From the NCBI RefSeq assembly GCF_006345805.1, contig NC_042998.1:141980001-142044000 (forward strand): DNA of 64,000 nucleotides, in the 5' to 3' direction. The position numbers were made by a program, and so were the translations under genes. The notes below the pieces were generated by a model, which made no database searches, was not told the DNA's origin, and saw only the letters and a list, made by a program, of their open reading frames with translations. Origin of the DNA: Octopus sinensis (Eukaryota). Positions 1 to 11,755 of this stretch are shown here, in pieces (position 1 is the stretch's first letter; every line of letters starts with the position of its first letter).

Positions 1-409
1 AGACAATGACTGGTTAATAGTGTTGCAAGATCGATATATTAGTCCTGTATATAGTTAATAAATTTTTTAACTTTTAGCACATGCGAGTTCTAAGTGTTTC
101 CGGACAATGTCTGATAAGGTATTACGAGTCATTCCTCTTACTATTGTAAACCCTATAGAAAAAAATCATAATATTACAATAGGGTCCCCTCCTCCTACAA
201 TGGCAGCACATAGTAAGAGAATGGTGATCGATGCTATTCGAGCTGCGCTTTTATGGAGCGGCACTTTTGGATCTACTGCCTAAGCCTGTATAGGAGTAGG
301 AACGGAAAACTCAAGGGCTTTACGATCTAGCTACGCCACTGGCCAAAAACAAGTTGCAGCACAGAATGAACATTTTCAACAAAAAGAGGGAAATAATGAA
401 CACTTAGGT

Positions 410-786
410 TCAGGCGTAGTTGAGTGGTAAGAAGCTTACTTCTCAACCACATGGTTCTGGGTTCAGTCCCACGGTGAGAGACCTTGGACAAGTGTCTTCT
501 ACTATAGCTTCGGGTCAACCAAAGTCTTGTGAGAGGATTTGGTAGACCGAAATGGAAAGAGGCCCGTCGTATATATGTTTGTGTGTCTTTGTGTCTGTGT
601 TTGTCTCCCACCATTGCTTGACAACCGGTGTTGGTGTATTTACGTCTCCGTAACTTAGCGGTTCGGCAAAAGAAAATGATAGACCAAGAACCAGGCTTTA
701 AAAAGTACTGGGGTCGATTCATTCAACTAAAAATTCTTCAAGGCGATGCCCTAGCATGGCCGCAGTCTAATAACTGAAACGAGTAG
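410..786 (+). mobile_element. tRNA-derived SINE, family A (CORE-like centre), near full length
   Basis: Head with A-box/B-box-like GAGTGGTAAG...GGTTCAGTCCC, CORE-like ACCTTGGACAAGTGTCTT, tail GCCCTAGCATGGCCGCAGTC; more than 12 further copies in the window. Confidence 0.85.
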
Positions 787-1007
787 CATGCAAAATTAAT
801 TAATTTCAAACAAAGGATTTTAACGCCAGAGATGACAGCAACAGCAACAACAACAATAGCAATAAAACTCACGTACAGACAAATGTATTAGACAATGAAT
901 ATAGTTGTAGTGTTGACTCAACCGTGACACAAAATCTTTAGACTTTACATAGTTTCTAACAGAAAAGAATGAAAGAATTGTGTAAAACCAAACAGCTTGT
1001 CTTACAT

Positions 1008-1090
1008 ACACACACACATGCATGCATACATACATACATACATACATACATACATGCATACATACATACATACATACATACATACATACA

Positions 1091-1123
<33 letters not shown>

Positions 1124-1131
1124 TCATACAT
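1008..1131. repeat. (CATA)n microsatellite
   Basis: Direct read. Confidence 0.95.
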
Positions 1132-1346
1132 ACCCTGTTGTTGATGTCGAAATTGGAGGAGTCTCCGATCTAGGTTAGAAACCGGTTCTTTCTCTTTTGT
1201 CAAGAAGTCTTGAATGTTCCTTTCTGTTGAAGAGAGTAGGCTCGAAAAATAAAAGACTTTCTCACTTCCCGAGCGTTAAACTAATACATCTGCTTGTTGT
1301 TTACACACACCCGTCTTCGTCTTTTGTTTTGTTTGTTTTTTCGTAG

Positions 1347-1351
1347 ATTCC

Positions 1352-1406
<55 letters not shown>

Positions 1407-1460
1407 ATATATATAATATATATGCTATATATGCATATATATATATATATATATATACAG
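1347..1460. repeat. (TA)n microsatellite
   Basis: Direct read. Confidence 0.95.
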
Positions 1461-1467
1461 ATACATA

Positions 1468-1610
1468 TATGGGTACAGGACGTCACTAACAGTAAAAAAC
1501 ATGGAATACGAAAGCAAATGAGTTCAATACGCTAACAACGAGGGAAACAAATGGAAAACAGGACAAGTAACATAAAAAACGACCTCTCGTCAGTCGTCGG
1601 CTATCTAACC
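1468..1610 (-). mobile_element. Terminal fragment of a PLE-derived repeat next to (TA)n
   Basis: ATATGGGTACAGGAC terminus matches the termini at about 32990, 33815 and 61380; CTGACGA on minus strand near 1590. Confidence 0.5.
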
Positions 1611-1865
1611 TCCCCACCACCACCACCACCACCACCACCATTTCGAGTATTGAACAACATATATATATACAATATAGTACAAAAGTCTTCGGCCACTTTA
1701 AGCTATTGTAAATTTCTACTAATTGCCAACTTATAAGTGGATGTTTTGCATTGCGTTTTTTGCAGATAAAAGACTGGCCCTGTTGGAGTAATTTTCAGAC
1801 ATAATCATTATATTTTGTAGTAAGGGTTCTGAACTAGAGGGAATGATGCGAGACGACCACCAAAA

Positions 1866-2452
1866 CGGCCGTGCAAAAGTTTTCAGCCACCTCACATAAA
1901 CTAATAAAGATACAGTGTTTTAAAACAGGAAAATGTTTATAATGAAAATTTATTATATAATGTTCATTTCAAGAAGTTACGGTACATTGTTAATATTTCA
2001 TGTGGCTTATTTTGAATAATTGCTTCAATGCACTTTGGAAGTGACGCATACAAATCCTTCGCCATCTTCACAGATATGAGATGCCATTCTCTGTGGCTGA
2101 GCTCCCACAACTCTTGAAGATTGCGTGGATTCTTCTGACGAACTCTTCTCTTTAGTTCCGTTCACATTTACTCGATGATATTTAAACCAGAGCTCTGAGC
2201 TGGCCAATCTTTCAATGCAGTTACACCTTCATCAGCCAGACTCTGTTGTGTTGCACGCGATGCGTGGCATGGAGATCCCTCATGCTGAAAAATCTCACCT
2301 TCATTCATGTCTGGTATTAAATTGTCCTTCAGCAACTGGATGTATTTGGCACTATTCCCGTTACCGCCAATTTTAACCAACTTTCTTGAAACATTTTTAA
2401 TATATCCTGAAAGCATCAAACTCTTACCCTCAAACTTCGCGGTTTTCGTCAT
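1866..2452 (-). mobile_element. Tc1 (DD34E) transposon 3' remnant with terminal inverted repeat
   Basis: ORF 2168-2452 has FQHEGSPCH and WPAQSSGLNIIE, decayed forms of FQQDNAPCH and WPxQSPDLNxIE; Tc1-like end CGGCCGTGCAAAAGTTTTCAGCCACC at 1866. Confidence 0.85.
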
Positions 2453-2522
2453 GTAACGTGTGTCATTTCGCTTTCTAATAAGCGAGAATTTGTCAGGAGG
2501 CCTCTAGGAAAGCGAAATGACC

Positions 2523-2525
<3 letters not shown>

Positions 2526-2570
<45 letters not shown>

Positions 2571-2588
2571 GAGAGGGAGAGAGAGAGG
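2526..2588. repeat. (GA)n microsatellite
   Basis: Direct read. Confidence 0.95.
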
Positions 2589-2789
2589 GGGGAATGGGAA
2601 GAATAACAGATTGATGACTTAAAGAGGATAGCGGTAGTTTCTAAATACCGTTGAAAGAGCAGTTAGAACTAACAGAAATATAGGTAAAAATTCTCGTGTT
2701 TGAAATGAATATATTTTTTTACGGTACTGTTTGGTGTACGTTCAGAATTGAAAACTCAGCTAAAACACAGGCTGAAATACACTTGTGTC

Positions 2790-3010
2790 TAGTATGTGGG
2801 GAAGCGATATGTAAGGATGATGATTAGGGACACTGGAAACGATGTAGATCCGTGGCTGGTCGCCACTTTTGTGTGGCAGTGTAAGTGCGAGATAAGCGAG
2901 AAGAAAACGAGAAGCGATATGTGGTCAAGAGGTCTGAAAGCATATTTTATGTTGACTTTAACTGGGGTAGCCACGCCAGAACATTCTACTACTTTACCAC
3001 CTGATTGATA
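2790..3010 (+). pseudogene. LINE ORF1 (L1/Tx1-like) remnant
   Basis: GNDVDPWLVATFVWQ matches NGNDIDPWLAVTFV at about 49365, which continues into a decayed zinc knuckle. Confidence 0.5.
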
Positions 3011-3149
3011 CTTAACTTCATCGCTTCAAAACTCGATACTTACTTATCCAGTCACGGTCAATATATAATTTTATTTAAATACTGTTGTGGACGATTTCGT
3101 CTTATTTCAGTTATCACAACTTTCTTTAGTTAACAGGATCCATTTAAAA

Positions 3150-3421
3150 CAGTGGTTATCAACCGGGATCCATATGGCCCTTGGGATCCGTATAGCCCTT
3201 GGGAGTCCATATAAGATTTTGTTCTTAAAATTTATCCACAATATTGTTTATACTTCTCCAATAGACAAATAACGATTTTTTAAATACAGGTGTAGAATAA
3301 CAATTCCTAATAATATTTGATTATAGAAATATAATATGATTTTTTAAACATTGAATGGCTATGGGGATCCAGCCGAGTAAAATAGGAATAAAAGGGGCCC
3401 AAAAATGGTTGAGAAACACTG
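3150..3421. mobile_element. hAT (Charlie-like) MITE
   Basis: TIRs CAGTGGTTATCAACC / GGTTGAGAAACACTG; 8-bp TSD-like flanks ATTTAAAA / TTTTAAAA; related copy ends at 54828. Confidence 0.8.
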
Positions 3422-3446
3422 TTTTAAAATATCATATATAACATCT

Positions 3447-3660
3447 GCCTTAGACGGCAAGCTGGGAGGATCGTTAGCACGTCCGACAAAATGCTCAGCA
3501 GCATTTCTACCGGATCTTTATGTTCTGACCTCAAACCCTGTCGAGGTCAGCTTTGCCTTTTATCTTTTCGGGTTCGATAAAATTGAATATCATTCAAGTA
3601 TGAGGATCGATGTAATTCACTAGTGACCACCCTTCAAGAATTGCTAGTCTTGAACCTGCA
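3447..3660 (+). mobile_element. tRNA-derived SINE, family B (Meta-domain-like centre)
   Basis: GGCAAGCTGGGAGGATCGTTAGC head and GAGGTCAGCTTTGCCTTTTATCTTTTCGGGTTCGATAAA centre; many copies in window. Confidence 0.8.
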
Positions 3661-5124
3661 AAAGACCGACGTACTGTTCAGGGAAAATGTTGTGATTTCG
3701 GTCACTTGTATACGCCATGGAAATCGGGTAGTTTGTCTTACGAACCCTAGGGCTCGAGAAAGTAAAAATGCACCTGCTTTCTCTAGTGGCTGATGAATAT
3801 TATATTCCAACAGCTAAAACAAAGGCTAAAACAATCGAAAATTAGGCTGAATTCATATTTTCTTCTATAGTCTAAAATGCAATACTTCCTGTCATTTGTC
3901 TACAGTGGATATTCCTTATGTTTCCATATAAAAATCAAATGAATGGTGTCTTTAGTGAGCCTTACTAAGAGGTCGTCAGAATTAAGTACAATTTAATAAG
4001 GAAATAATCAAAACAAAGAAAAGCATAACATGATTGATGAATACTAAAATTATGAAACAGAAAAGGAGGAAAGCAAAACAAGCAATATGACTAAATAAAT
4101 TGAATAAAATGAAGCGGAGGTATAAAAATAAACAGAAAGAAAATAGTCACATTGAGAAAGTTGTGATGGGTATAAAATGTGTTGTAACTTCGAACAATGC
4201 TGTTGGAGTTATTTAAATCAATTCTTTTCTTTCTGGTTCAATTGAGTAAATGACTTCCCTTCAAAAATACTGAGATTCATTTTTGAAATCATTGTCTACA
4301 GAATAGTTTTTGATAATTCATTGTTGTCATAAAAAAGGCTACTTTTGTAATAGGCCAATGTCGGAAATATATTTAAGAAAATGATCGCCATTTTAACTAT
4401 TTCAACAAAAGGCCGTGTGTTATTCATTCATTCATTCATTTATTTATTCTTACTTCTCCCATTCATTCCGTTTTCTAATTTCTTAACCTATTCTTTTTCT
4501 CTGTTATTATACCTTCGTTATTTTCATATTTGTTTCTTTTTCATATCTCTTTCGTTTCCCATTTTCTTTTTATTGTTCTTTCGTTATTTGTTTTAATTTT
4601 TTTCATGAGGAATTTTCAAGGAATTTACTATTTTCAATTTATTCCTCACTTGTTCTAATTTTTGTTTCGTTTTTGTTAAAAGATCTGAAGTTCACACCCA
4701 AGAATCTTTGATTCAAGTAAATTTCCCTTTAAGCATTGCAGGAAAACATCGGTTTGATAAAACTTCCCCCACTCTTTTTTTTTACTTCAGATTTTTCTCA
4801 CAAAGCCAAATATTCGATTCGATACTCTAATATTTAAAATCGAAGCTTGAAAAAATTGATTTCTCCAAATTGATCCCCCACTCCCACCGCCACTGGCGCC
4901 TTGGTCTTTCACTTCACTTAGTTGTGATCATAGCTGACAAGATTCTTCCATTCAATCAAACGTTGTATTTAAAATGTACAATTCATATATAAGCACTACA
5001 CTAGCTATACACAATATTTATTTTTATTGAACTATAGGACTCATTACGTCGGTTACCATGGAGTATAAATGACCGAGATTACAACCCCCTCCCCCCTTGA
5101 ACCCTGGTCCATTCCAGGGTTCAA

Positions 5125-5550
5125 GGCAAACAGTTTTGAAGGAAGGGGACCAGTCGATTACATCAACCCTAGTACTTGACTGGTACTTCCTTTTATCAAC
5201 CTCGAAAAGGTAGGAGGCAAAATCGACCCCGGCAGGTTTTGAGCCCAGAACCTAAAGAGCAGGAAGAAATATTACTAAACACTTTGCCCGATGTGCTAAG
5301 GATTCTGCTAGCTCACCACCTTGGGCTGTACAATTTAAATCTAATTTTGACACACGGTCAGCAGCTTTGAAGGGAGGGGGTCTAGTCGACTATGTGGACC
5401 CCAGTCCTCGACTGGTACTTTATTTTATCGATCTGAAGGAGCGTAAAGGTAAAGCTGGCCTCAGCGGGATTCGAACTCAGAAGGTAAAGAGCAAACAGAA
5501 ATGCCACTAAGCAGTTTGTCCGACGTGCTAACGATTCTGCTAGCTTGCTG
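5125..5550 (-). mobile_element. Two adjacent SINE family B copies
   Basis: Reverse complements of the family B centre at about 5190-5260 and 5410-5490. Confidence 0.8.
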
Positions 5551-5582
5551 TTTTACACACAACATATAAACCAAATAAATTT

Positions 5583-5830
5583 ATCCATCCATCCATCTAT
5601 CATCTTCTCCGCCTGCTATTCCTGGGAGGGTTGTGTGGATAGAATCCTCAGGCATCTCTTTCATAGGGTCCTATCAGAAGCAACCGCCACTGCATTTTCC
5701 TGATGGATTCCCACGCGTGACCAACTGAAATCAGGGATACTATCCAATCATCTCGTTTCTTGCTACTCCTGAATCTCTTGCCGATCGAATCAGCTCGAAG
5801 AATTTCTCTTGCGATTCTTTCTTGAGGAAA
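5583..5830 (-). mobile_element. RTE-clade LINE 3' end with (GATG)n tail
   Basis: Minus-strand PQERIAREILRADSIGKRFR matches the RTE RT C-terminus; CCATCCATCC tail at 5583. Confidence 0.75.
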
Positions 5831-5861
5831 GATTGGTAAAACAAACAAACAAACAAACAAA

Positions 5862-6045
5862 ACTCGCTATATTCAATTCAGTGTTTGTGCCTATGCTCAC
5901 CTATGGTCATGAATGTTGGGTAATGACCGAAAGTATGATTGCAAATACAAGCAGCCAAAATGGGGTTCATTCGAAGGATTACTGGAGTAACATTACTCGA
6001 CAAGCCGCTAATTCTCCACACCGAGAAATTACACGTCCAGAACTA
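5862..6045 (+). mobile_element. RTE RT fragment, inverted relative to the adjacent 3' end
   Basis: KLAIFNSVFVPMLTYGHECWVMTE then, after a frameshift, QIQAAKMGFIRRITGVTLLDK. Confidence 0.8.
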
Positions 6046-6585
6046 CGAACAAGCTGATAAAAACAATGTAAATACAATAAACATTTACAATATTACAGGG
6101 TTTTTCTTTCTTTCTTTCTTTCTTTCTTTCTTTCATTCGTTTTTGGGCTGATCAGCTCCATTTACTTATGATCAAGTAAAACATGTAACTCAAAGATATT
6201 CGATTCAATGCTACGAAGCATCCTTTCGCTCGTTCCACTATCGAACATTATGATGAACCGATAAGTACTTGTTTACAGGATATTTTCACTGTCCGTCAAA
6301 TGTTGAGGTCTATAATCCTGATTACAGTAACGTAATATAGTATTGCGTAATCTAGCCCCATGCAATAGCTCCATTTACAATTACTATATATGATTTGACA
6401 CTCAAGAGGATATTGTGGAAAGACCATTATTTCTGCCAGATCGTATCAAATTTCCTGCAAATATATTTGTTGCAGGTGAAGTTTGGAAAGAGCAGATCAT
6501 AGTAACGTAAATGTAGCCATTATTATATTTAAATGTTAAGATAGATAAAGAGTAAGTAGATTCTGGAAACACAATGCGACAACGA

Positions 6586-6654
<69 letters not shown>

Positions 6655-6657
<3 letters not shown>

Positions 6658-7003
6658 TCTAATTGATGTATCAATACCGGCAGATGACAACGTGTCTCTA
6701 AAAGAAATGGAAAAATTTTCAAAATACAAAGACCTGGAAATAGAGGTAACCAGAATGTGGAATCTAAAAACAGAAACAATTCCTATAATAGTAGGTGCAT
6801 TAGGCATGATAAAAAATATTCAGACAAATACATAACAAAAACACCAGGACTAACAAGTATATATAACATACAGAAAATAGCACTACTGGGCACCACCCAC
6901 ACACTATGTAAAACGCTTTTAATACAGTAAAAATAAGAGCATCACAAACCAGAGCACATACCTAAGGCACAGAGAAATGCGCTCGGTAGTGCAGCGAAAG
7001 CAA
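6655..7003 (+). mobile_element. R4/Dong retrotransposon 5'-truncated copy between (TAA)n arrays
   Basis: Near-identical to 13152-13500 (FLIDVSIPADDNVSLKEMEK...IPIIVGALG); (TAA)n at 6586-6654 and 7003-7078. Confidence 0.9.
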
Positions 7004-7015
7004 ATAATAATGATG

Positions 7016-7069
<54 letters not shown>

Positions 7070-7177
7070 TAATAATATTTGCCACCAGGGTGACGGATGA
7101 GGGGGACAATACAAAGACCGTTATAAAGTGTGGAGATTTACGTTGAATCGAATGATATTACAAAATATTAGAAAGTA

Positions 7178-8074
7178 TTGGGTTGAGGAATAATTCATGG
7201 GCGTTTTTTTCAAATTTAAAAATGCACGCAGAATAAAAACGCATTGGCAAAATGTTTATGCTATTTGAAAGAGAATTTTTTGCTCTACAAGATAGCGTGT
7301 TTTGATTTTTAAAATTTTATTGATTTTTTTTTGTGTATTTTCAGATCATTAAAATGGAGTGTCAAGTGAATAAAACTGAGCATTTTCGACACCATTTGCT
7401 TTTTTTATTTAATCGAGATGTTAAGCCCGCTGAAGCTGCTCGTAAGATTTGTGTGGTGTATGGAGAAGGAACAATGGTTCAAAGTACCGCCCGCCGCTGG
7501 TTTTCGCGTTTCAAAAATGGGAACTTTGATTTCAAGGACGGATCACACACCGGTTGACCAACTGAGTTCGATGAACATTGAATGAAAGTGGCTCACCACA
7601 GTTTTTTTTTTATAGTCCATCTGCTCTGCCAATTCTCTGGTCGTTTGACATGAATTTTGGCGAGGAAGCTGATTCAATCGCTTTTAGCGAACTCAGTTGG
7701 TCGACCGGTGTGTATTCCGTCGTTGAGGTCAAAATTCCCGTTTTTGACACGCGAAAACCAATGGCAGCTGGTACTTTGAGGGATTGCTCCTCCATAAGGA
7801 ACACAAATCTCACGAGCAACTTCAGCGGCCTTAACACTTCGATCAAATGCAAATAGCTAATGGTATCGGAAATACTCAGATTTGTCCATTTGACATTCCA
7901 TTTTAATGATCTGAAAAAACACAGAAATCAATAAAATTGAAACATTATAACACACTATCTTGCAGAGCAAAAAGATCTCTTCCAAAGAACAAAACATTTT
8001 GCCAATGAGTTTTATTTCTGCGTGCATTTTAAAATTAAAAAAAAAGAACGCCTATGAATTATTCTTCAACCCAA
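7178..8074. mobile_element. mariner-derived foldback made of two inverted 5' halves
   Basis: TIR TTGGGTTGARGAATAATTCAT at both ends with TA flanks; each arm carries the HTH N-terminus (MECQVNKTEHFRHHLLF...RRWFSRFKNG). Confidence 0.85.
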
Positions 8075-8599
8075 TACAACGGTATACAACGTAAACCAAA
8101 GGAAAGAAGTGTATGTAGTATACAGCGGTGGTTCGGACTGAATTTGACGATTTTGTTTCTTTTTTTCTGGAACAGCTTGATGTATAGGTGAACAGTCAAC
8201 GGCGTTGGAGATCATAAAGATTAAAGTTGTAATTGAGAAAAAGTTAGTTGAATTGGAAGATAGGAAGCTGTTTGAATATTGTTTTCAAATTTTGGTACAA
8301 TGCCAGCAATTTCGGCAGAGGGGTAAGTCGATTACATTGGACCCAGTGCTCAACTGACATTCATTTTATCAACCTCGAAGCCTTAAAGTCATCCGAATAA
8401 TAAAAAAAGAATTACTTGTATTATGATGATTCGCTCCGGATATCAAAATTCCGACATCATGACTGCTACTGAATGCTCTGTCAACAATGTAAAGGCTGTA
8501 AAATGTGAAAATGAGCTGCGACGGACATTACGAAGTCGCGGTCAGCAATAAGGCACACAGCTGGTGTTCTGACTGATTCCACACGTTGGAATTCACTGC

Positions 8600-8822
8600 A
8601 AAATTGCAGAACAAAGTCTTAGCCTCACTTCAGACAGCTACGTGAAGCTGCTGGAGACTGTACTCAATCCCCGGCTGGAGTGGGTTGCTACTGGGAGGCC
8701 ATGTATTGTAGTAAAATTCGACTCATTGTTATATTTTCGGAAAGAGTCAGAAGTAGTTGTCGGAGAGTTTCTACAACTTCGCCAGCCCCAGTTTCTAGCC
8801 TCCGATTGTATGTACATGAGTG
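8600..8822 (+). mobile_element. DD37D (maT-like) transposase fragment
   Basis: EQSLSLTSDSYVKLLETVLNPRLEWVATGRP; same family as 23416-23645 and 58940-59720. Confidence 0.65.
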
Positions 8823-8829
8823 TTGATCA

Positions 8830-10500
8830 TTTTGTTCGGGTGTTTGTTTTTTTTTAATTAATTTTTGGTTATGAATGTGCTTGTAAAAGTTTTTTTTTTT
8901 ATGACGATGATGTTGATGCTCTTTGTGCGTGATTTTGTAACAGATTTTCAATTTTCTGTCGTGTCTCATCGCCTTCAATTTGAGGCGATCTTTATTTGCT
9001 TGCATTTGATTCTTCCTCATACTCTCAAAAAAGGCCTTTTGAGGTGATTTCATCAGGCCTTCATCTTCTGGCAGGACTTTTGATTTCACGAGGCCTGAGT
9101 TAGAGGAAAGAGGTGGGTGTGTATTTGTTTAGTGTCTTCACTAACTGTACGGGGAAGAAATGCTTTCGGTGGCAACCATATCTAGAATTCCATAAAAATC
9201 TCAGTGCTGTTGAGTTGGTGAGGATGGGATGGATTTCACTTCTGCAATATCTCCATGCTCTTTTACTGTGGCTAAAACTCTTGGCGGATCTCGATCAACC
9301 GGCACATCTTGACTTGAATCGAGTTACACACGTACCCAATAAAGGTGAATCATTATAAAGGTCTGGGATGTTCATGTTATTCTTTTACTTGTTGCAGTCA
9401 GTTGACTGCGGCCACGCTGGAGTACACCCTTTAGTCGAAGAAATCGACCCCGAGGGCTTATTCTTTGTAAGCCTTATTCTTATTCTATCGGCCTTTTTTG
9501 CTGAACCACTAAGTTACGGGGACGTAAACACTCGAACATCGGTTGTGAAGCGATGGTATGGGACAAACACAGACACAAATTCAATCATACATAAATATAT
9601 ATACACACACAGACATATATATATATATATATATATTTCTTTACTACCCACTTTATATATATATATACGGCGATCTTCTCTCTGCCAAATCCACTCACAG
9701 GGCTTTGGTCGGCCCGAGGCTATAATAAAAGACACTTACCCAAGGTGCCACGCAGTGGGAGGGAACTGGAACCATGTGGCTGGGAAGAAAGCGTCCTACC
9801 ACACAACCACGCCTGATTGTTGCCGTTCTTCGAGCTCCTTGTTCACTGATGCATATAGCAGTTATTGTCCTCTACTGTTTCCCTTTATGTATGTGTAGAA
9901 GTGAGTTCCACATGTCTTTCAGGCATTTTTTCAGTTTCTGCAAGTGTAGGAAATTTAAGTTTCATGCCTTTGCGAGAAATGCATTTATAGACAATGTTTT
10001 TCTTTCGAAGTTAATTTTTTTGCCTCTTTACTAAGAGATATAACTTCTCGTTTGACAATATCCTTTTTATACTGGAGGCCCTTAAATCTTGCGCCGAATG
10101 CACGGTCCACTGGTTAACTGTTCTCATAAAAGATAGAATTATGGTTTTTCATGTTATTGTTGTTGTTATACATACAGTTTTTACTGTTTTTACTGCTGTA
10201 GTTGATTCTGCAGTTCATGACTTCATTTTTGATGCTGTCTTTGTTTTCGTTCTTGTTGTTCACGTTGTTGTTGCTCTTATTGTTGTTGTTGCTGCTGCTG
10301 TTGTTGTTGTTGTTGCTTGTATAGTTGACGGTATTGCCATTGTCATAGCGACTAAAGAAAATTTCTTTACTTAGATGCGATAAGTTCGATTCAGCTCCAG
10401 CTTACCCGCCTTTGATGTCATGATTCTTTGTTATGGCTGCATTGCACTTGAAATTGGCTCAGCAGTGCGCTCTCCACCGTCGATTATTATTATTATTATT
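8830..10500 (-). pseudogene. Decayed LINE ORF1, interrupted by a SINE at 9377-9815
   Basis: Minus-strand pieces MKLKFPTLAETEK, PLLGTCVTRF/QDVPVDRDPPRVLATVKEHG and ICYKITHKEH (knuckle-like); many stops and frameshifts. Confidence 0.5.
9377..9815 (-). mobile_element. SINE family A
   Basis: Reverse complement of 410-786 with an internal (TA)n expansion. Confidence 0.85.
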
Positions 10501-10793
10501 GTGTCTTGGTCAGACATTTTTTAACGTATGAAAAAATTCTGAAATCAACTGTTTGAAAAATTGTTAAATGTTTGTTGTTACAAGAAATCCAAAATAAATG
10601 TCACTGAGGCACACTCTCAAAAAGGGCGCAATTAAACAGAAATATTACTATCACGTACCAGACAACGTCTGGAAGGAAGTTATCACAAAATAAATGACTG
10701 AATGGGAATTAATCAGCCGAAACAGTTAATGAAACTCTTAAAACTTATGGATCTTCAAGTCCCTGTGCCTTCACAGTACGGCGGCGACAATAG

Positions 10794-10828
<35 letters not shown>

Positions 10829-10839
10829 GATAATAATAC

Positions 10840-11058
10840 TAACTATCCTTTCTACTATAGGCACAAGGCCTGAAATTTGGAGGAGGGAGTAATCGATTAC
10901 ATCGACCTCAGTGCTCAACAAGTAACTTATTTCATCGACCCCAAAAGGATGGAAGGCAAATTGGACCTTGGTGGAATTCGAACTCAGAACGTAAAAACGG
11001 ACGAAATGCCACTAAGCATTTTGCACAGAACATTAACAATTCTGCCAGTTCGTCACCT

Positions 11059-11060
<2 letters not shown>
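10840..11060 (-). mobile_element. SINE family B
   Basis: Reverse complement of family B head and centre. Confidence 0.85.
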
Positions 11061-11127
<67 letters not shown>

Positions 11128-11130
11128 GAA

Positions 11131-11161
<31 letters not shown>

Positions 11162-11169
11162 AAGAAGAA

Positions 11170-11673
11170 TATGGAAGTGTTATCGTGTACCTTGTTTTGT
11201 CTTGGTATAAAAGATGGGCTACAGCAAATATTCTGCTCAATACCACAGATTTGCTTGTCAGTTGTTTGACCTTAACCAGTTGAGCATGTTCTTTAGTGGC
11301 TGACGATATGTGCATCTCTAATCACGAGCAGAAGTAGTGGGGGAGCATCATAGCCATGTGTTGAGAGGGATTCTTTGGGGTTTGAATAATTCACCTTTGG
11401 AAACATGGGTGGTTCTTTTAACATCCTTAAACAACCCTTATTCAGGGACCTTTTGAGCGGGATGGGCTACTCAACCTGAAGAAAATTCTAACTGGGCCCC
11501 ACCTGCAAGGTCATGTGCTGTTTATCTTGATATGAGATCACCATGTCGCGCACATATGGTTGTGATGCATGTGCCTGGTGTACCCTTATCAGACGGGTAG
11601 TCATGATGGGTATATTGGGCTTCGTATATTTTACCCCAGTGTCACTTTGATGGCATGAACTGCTCTCTCACTC
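11170..11673 (+). mobile_element. Non-coding retroposon ending in a (TAA)n tail
   Basis: 3' 173 bp near-identical to 14433-14605; both end CTCTCTCACTC-(AAT)n and follow a (TAA)n or (GAA)n tract. Confidence 0.7.

Positions 11674-11753
<80 letters not shown>

Positions 11754-11755
<2 letters not shown>

Noticed and set aside
100-300. Mitochondrial insertion (hydrophobic minus-strand frame with TGA)
   Set aside because: No match to any mitochondrial protein motif I recognise
410-490. tRNA gene
   Set aside because: tRNA-like boxes continue into SINE body and tail; no cloverleaf; same holds for the other SINE heads
2789-2974. Minus-strand ORF with a signal-peptide-like start (MATPVKVNIK...)
   Set aside because: The opposite strand matches the repeated LINE ORF1 motif also seen at about 49365
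8688-9089. 133-aa ORF as a host gene
   Set aside because: GTG start, runs through poly-A tracts into an antisense transposase fragment; better explained as a LINE ORF1 remnant
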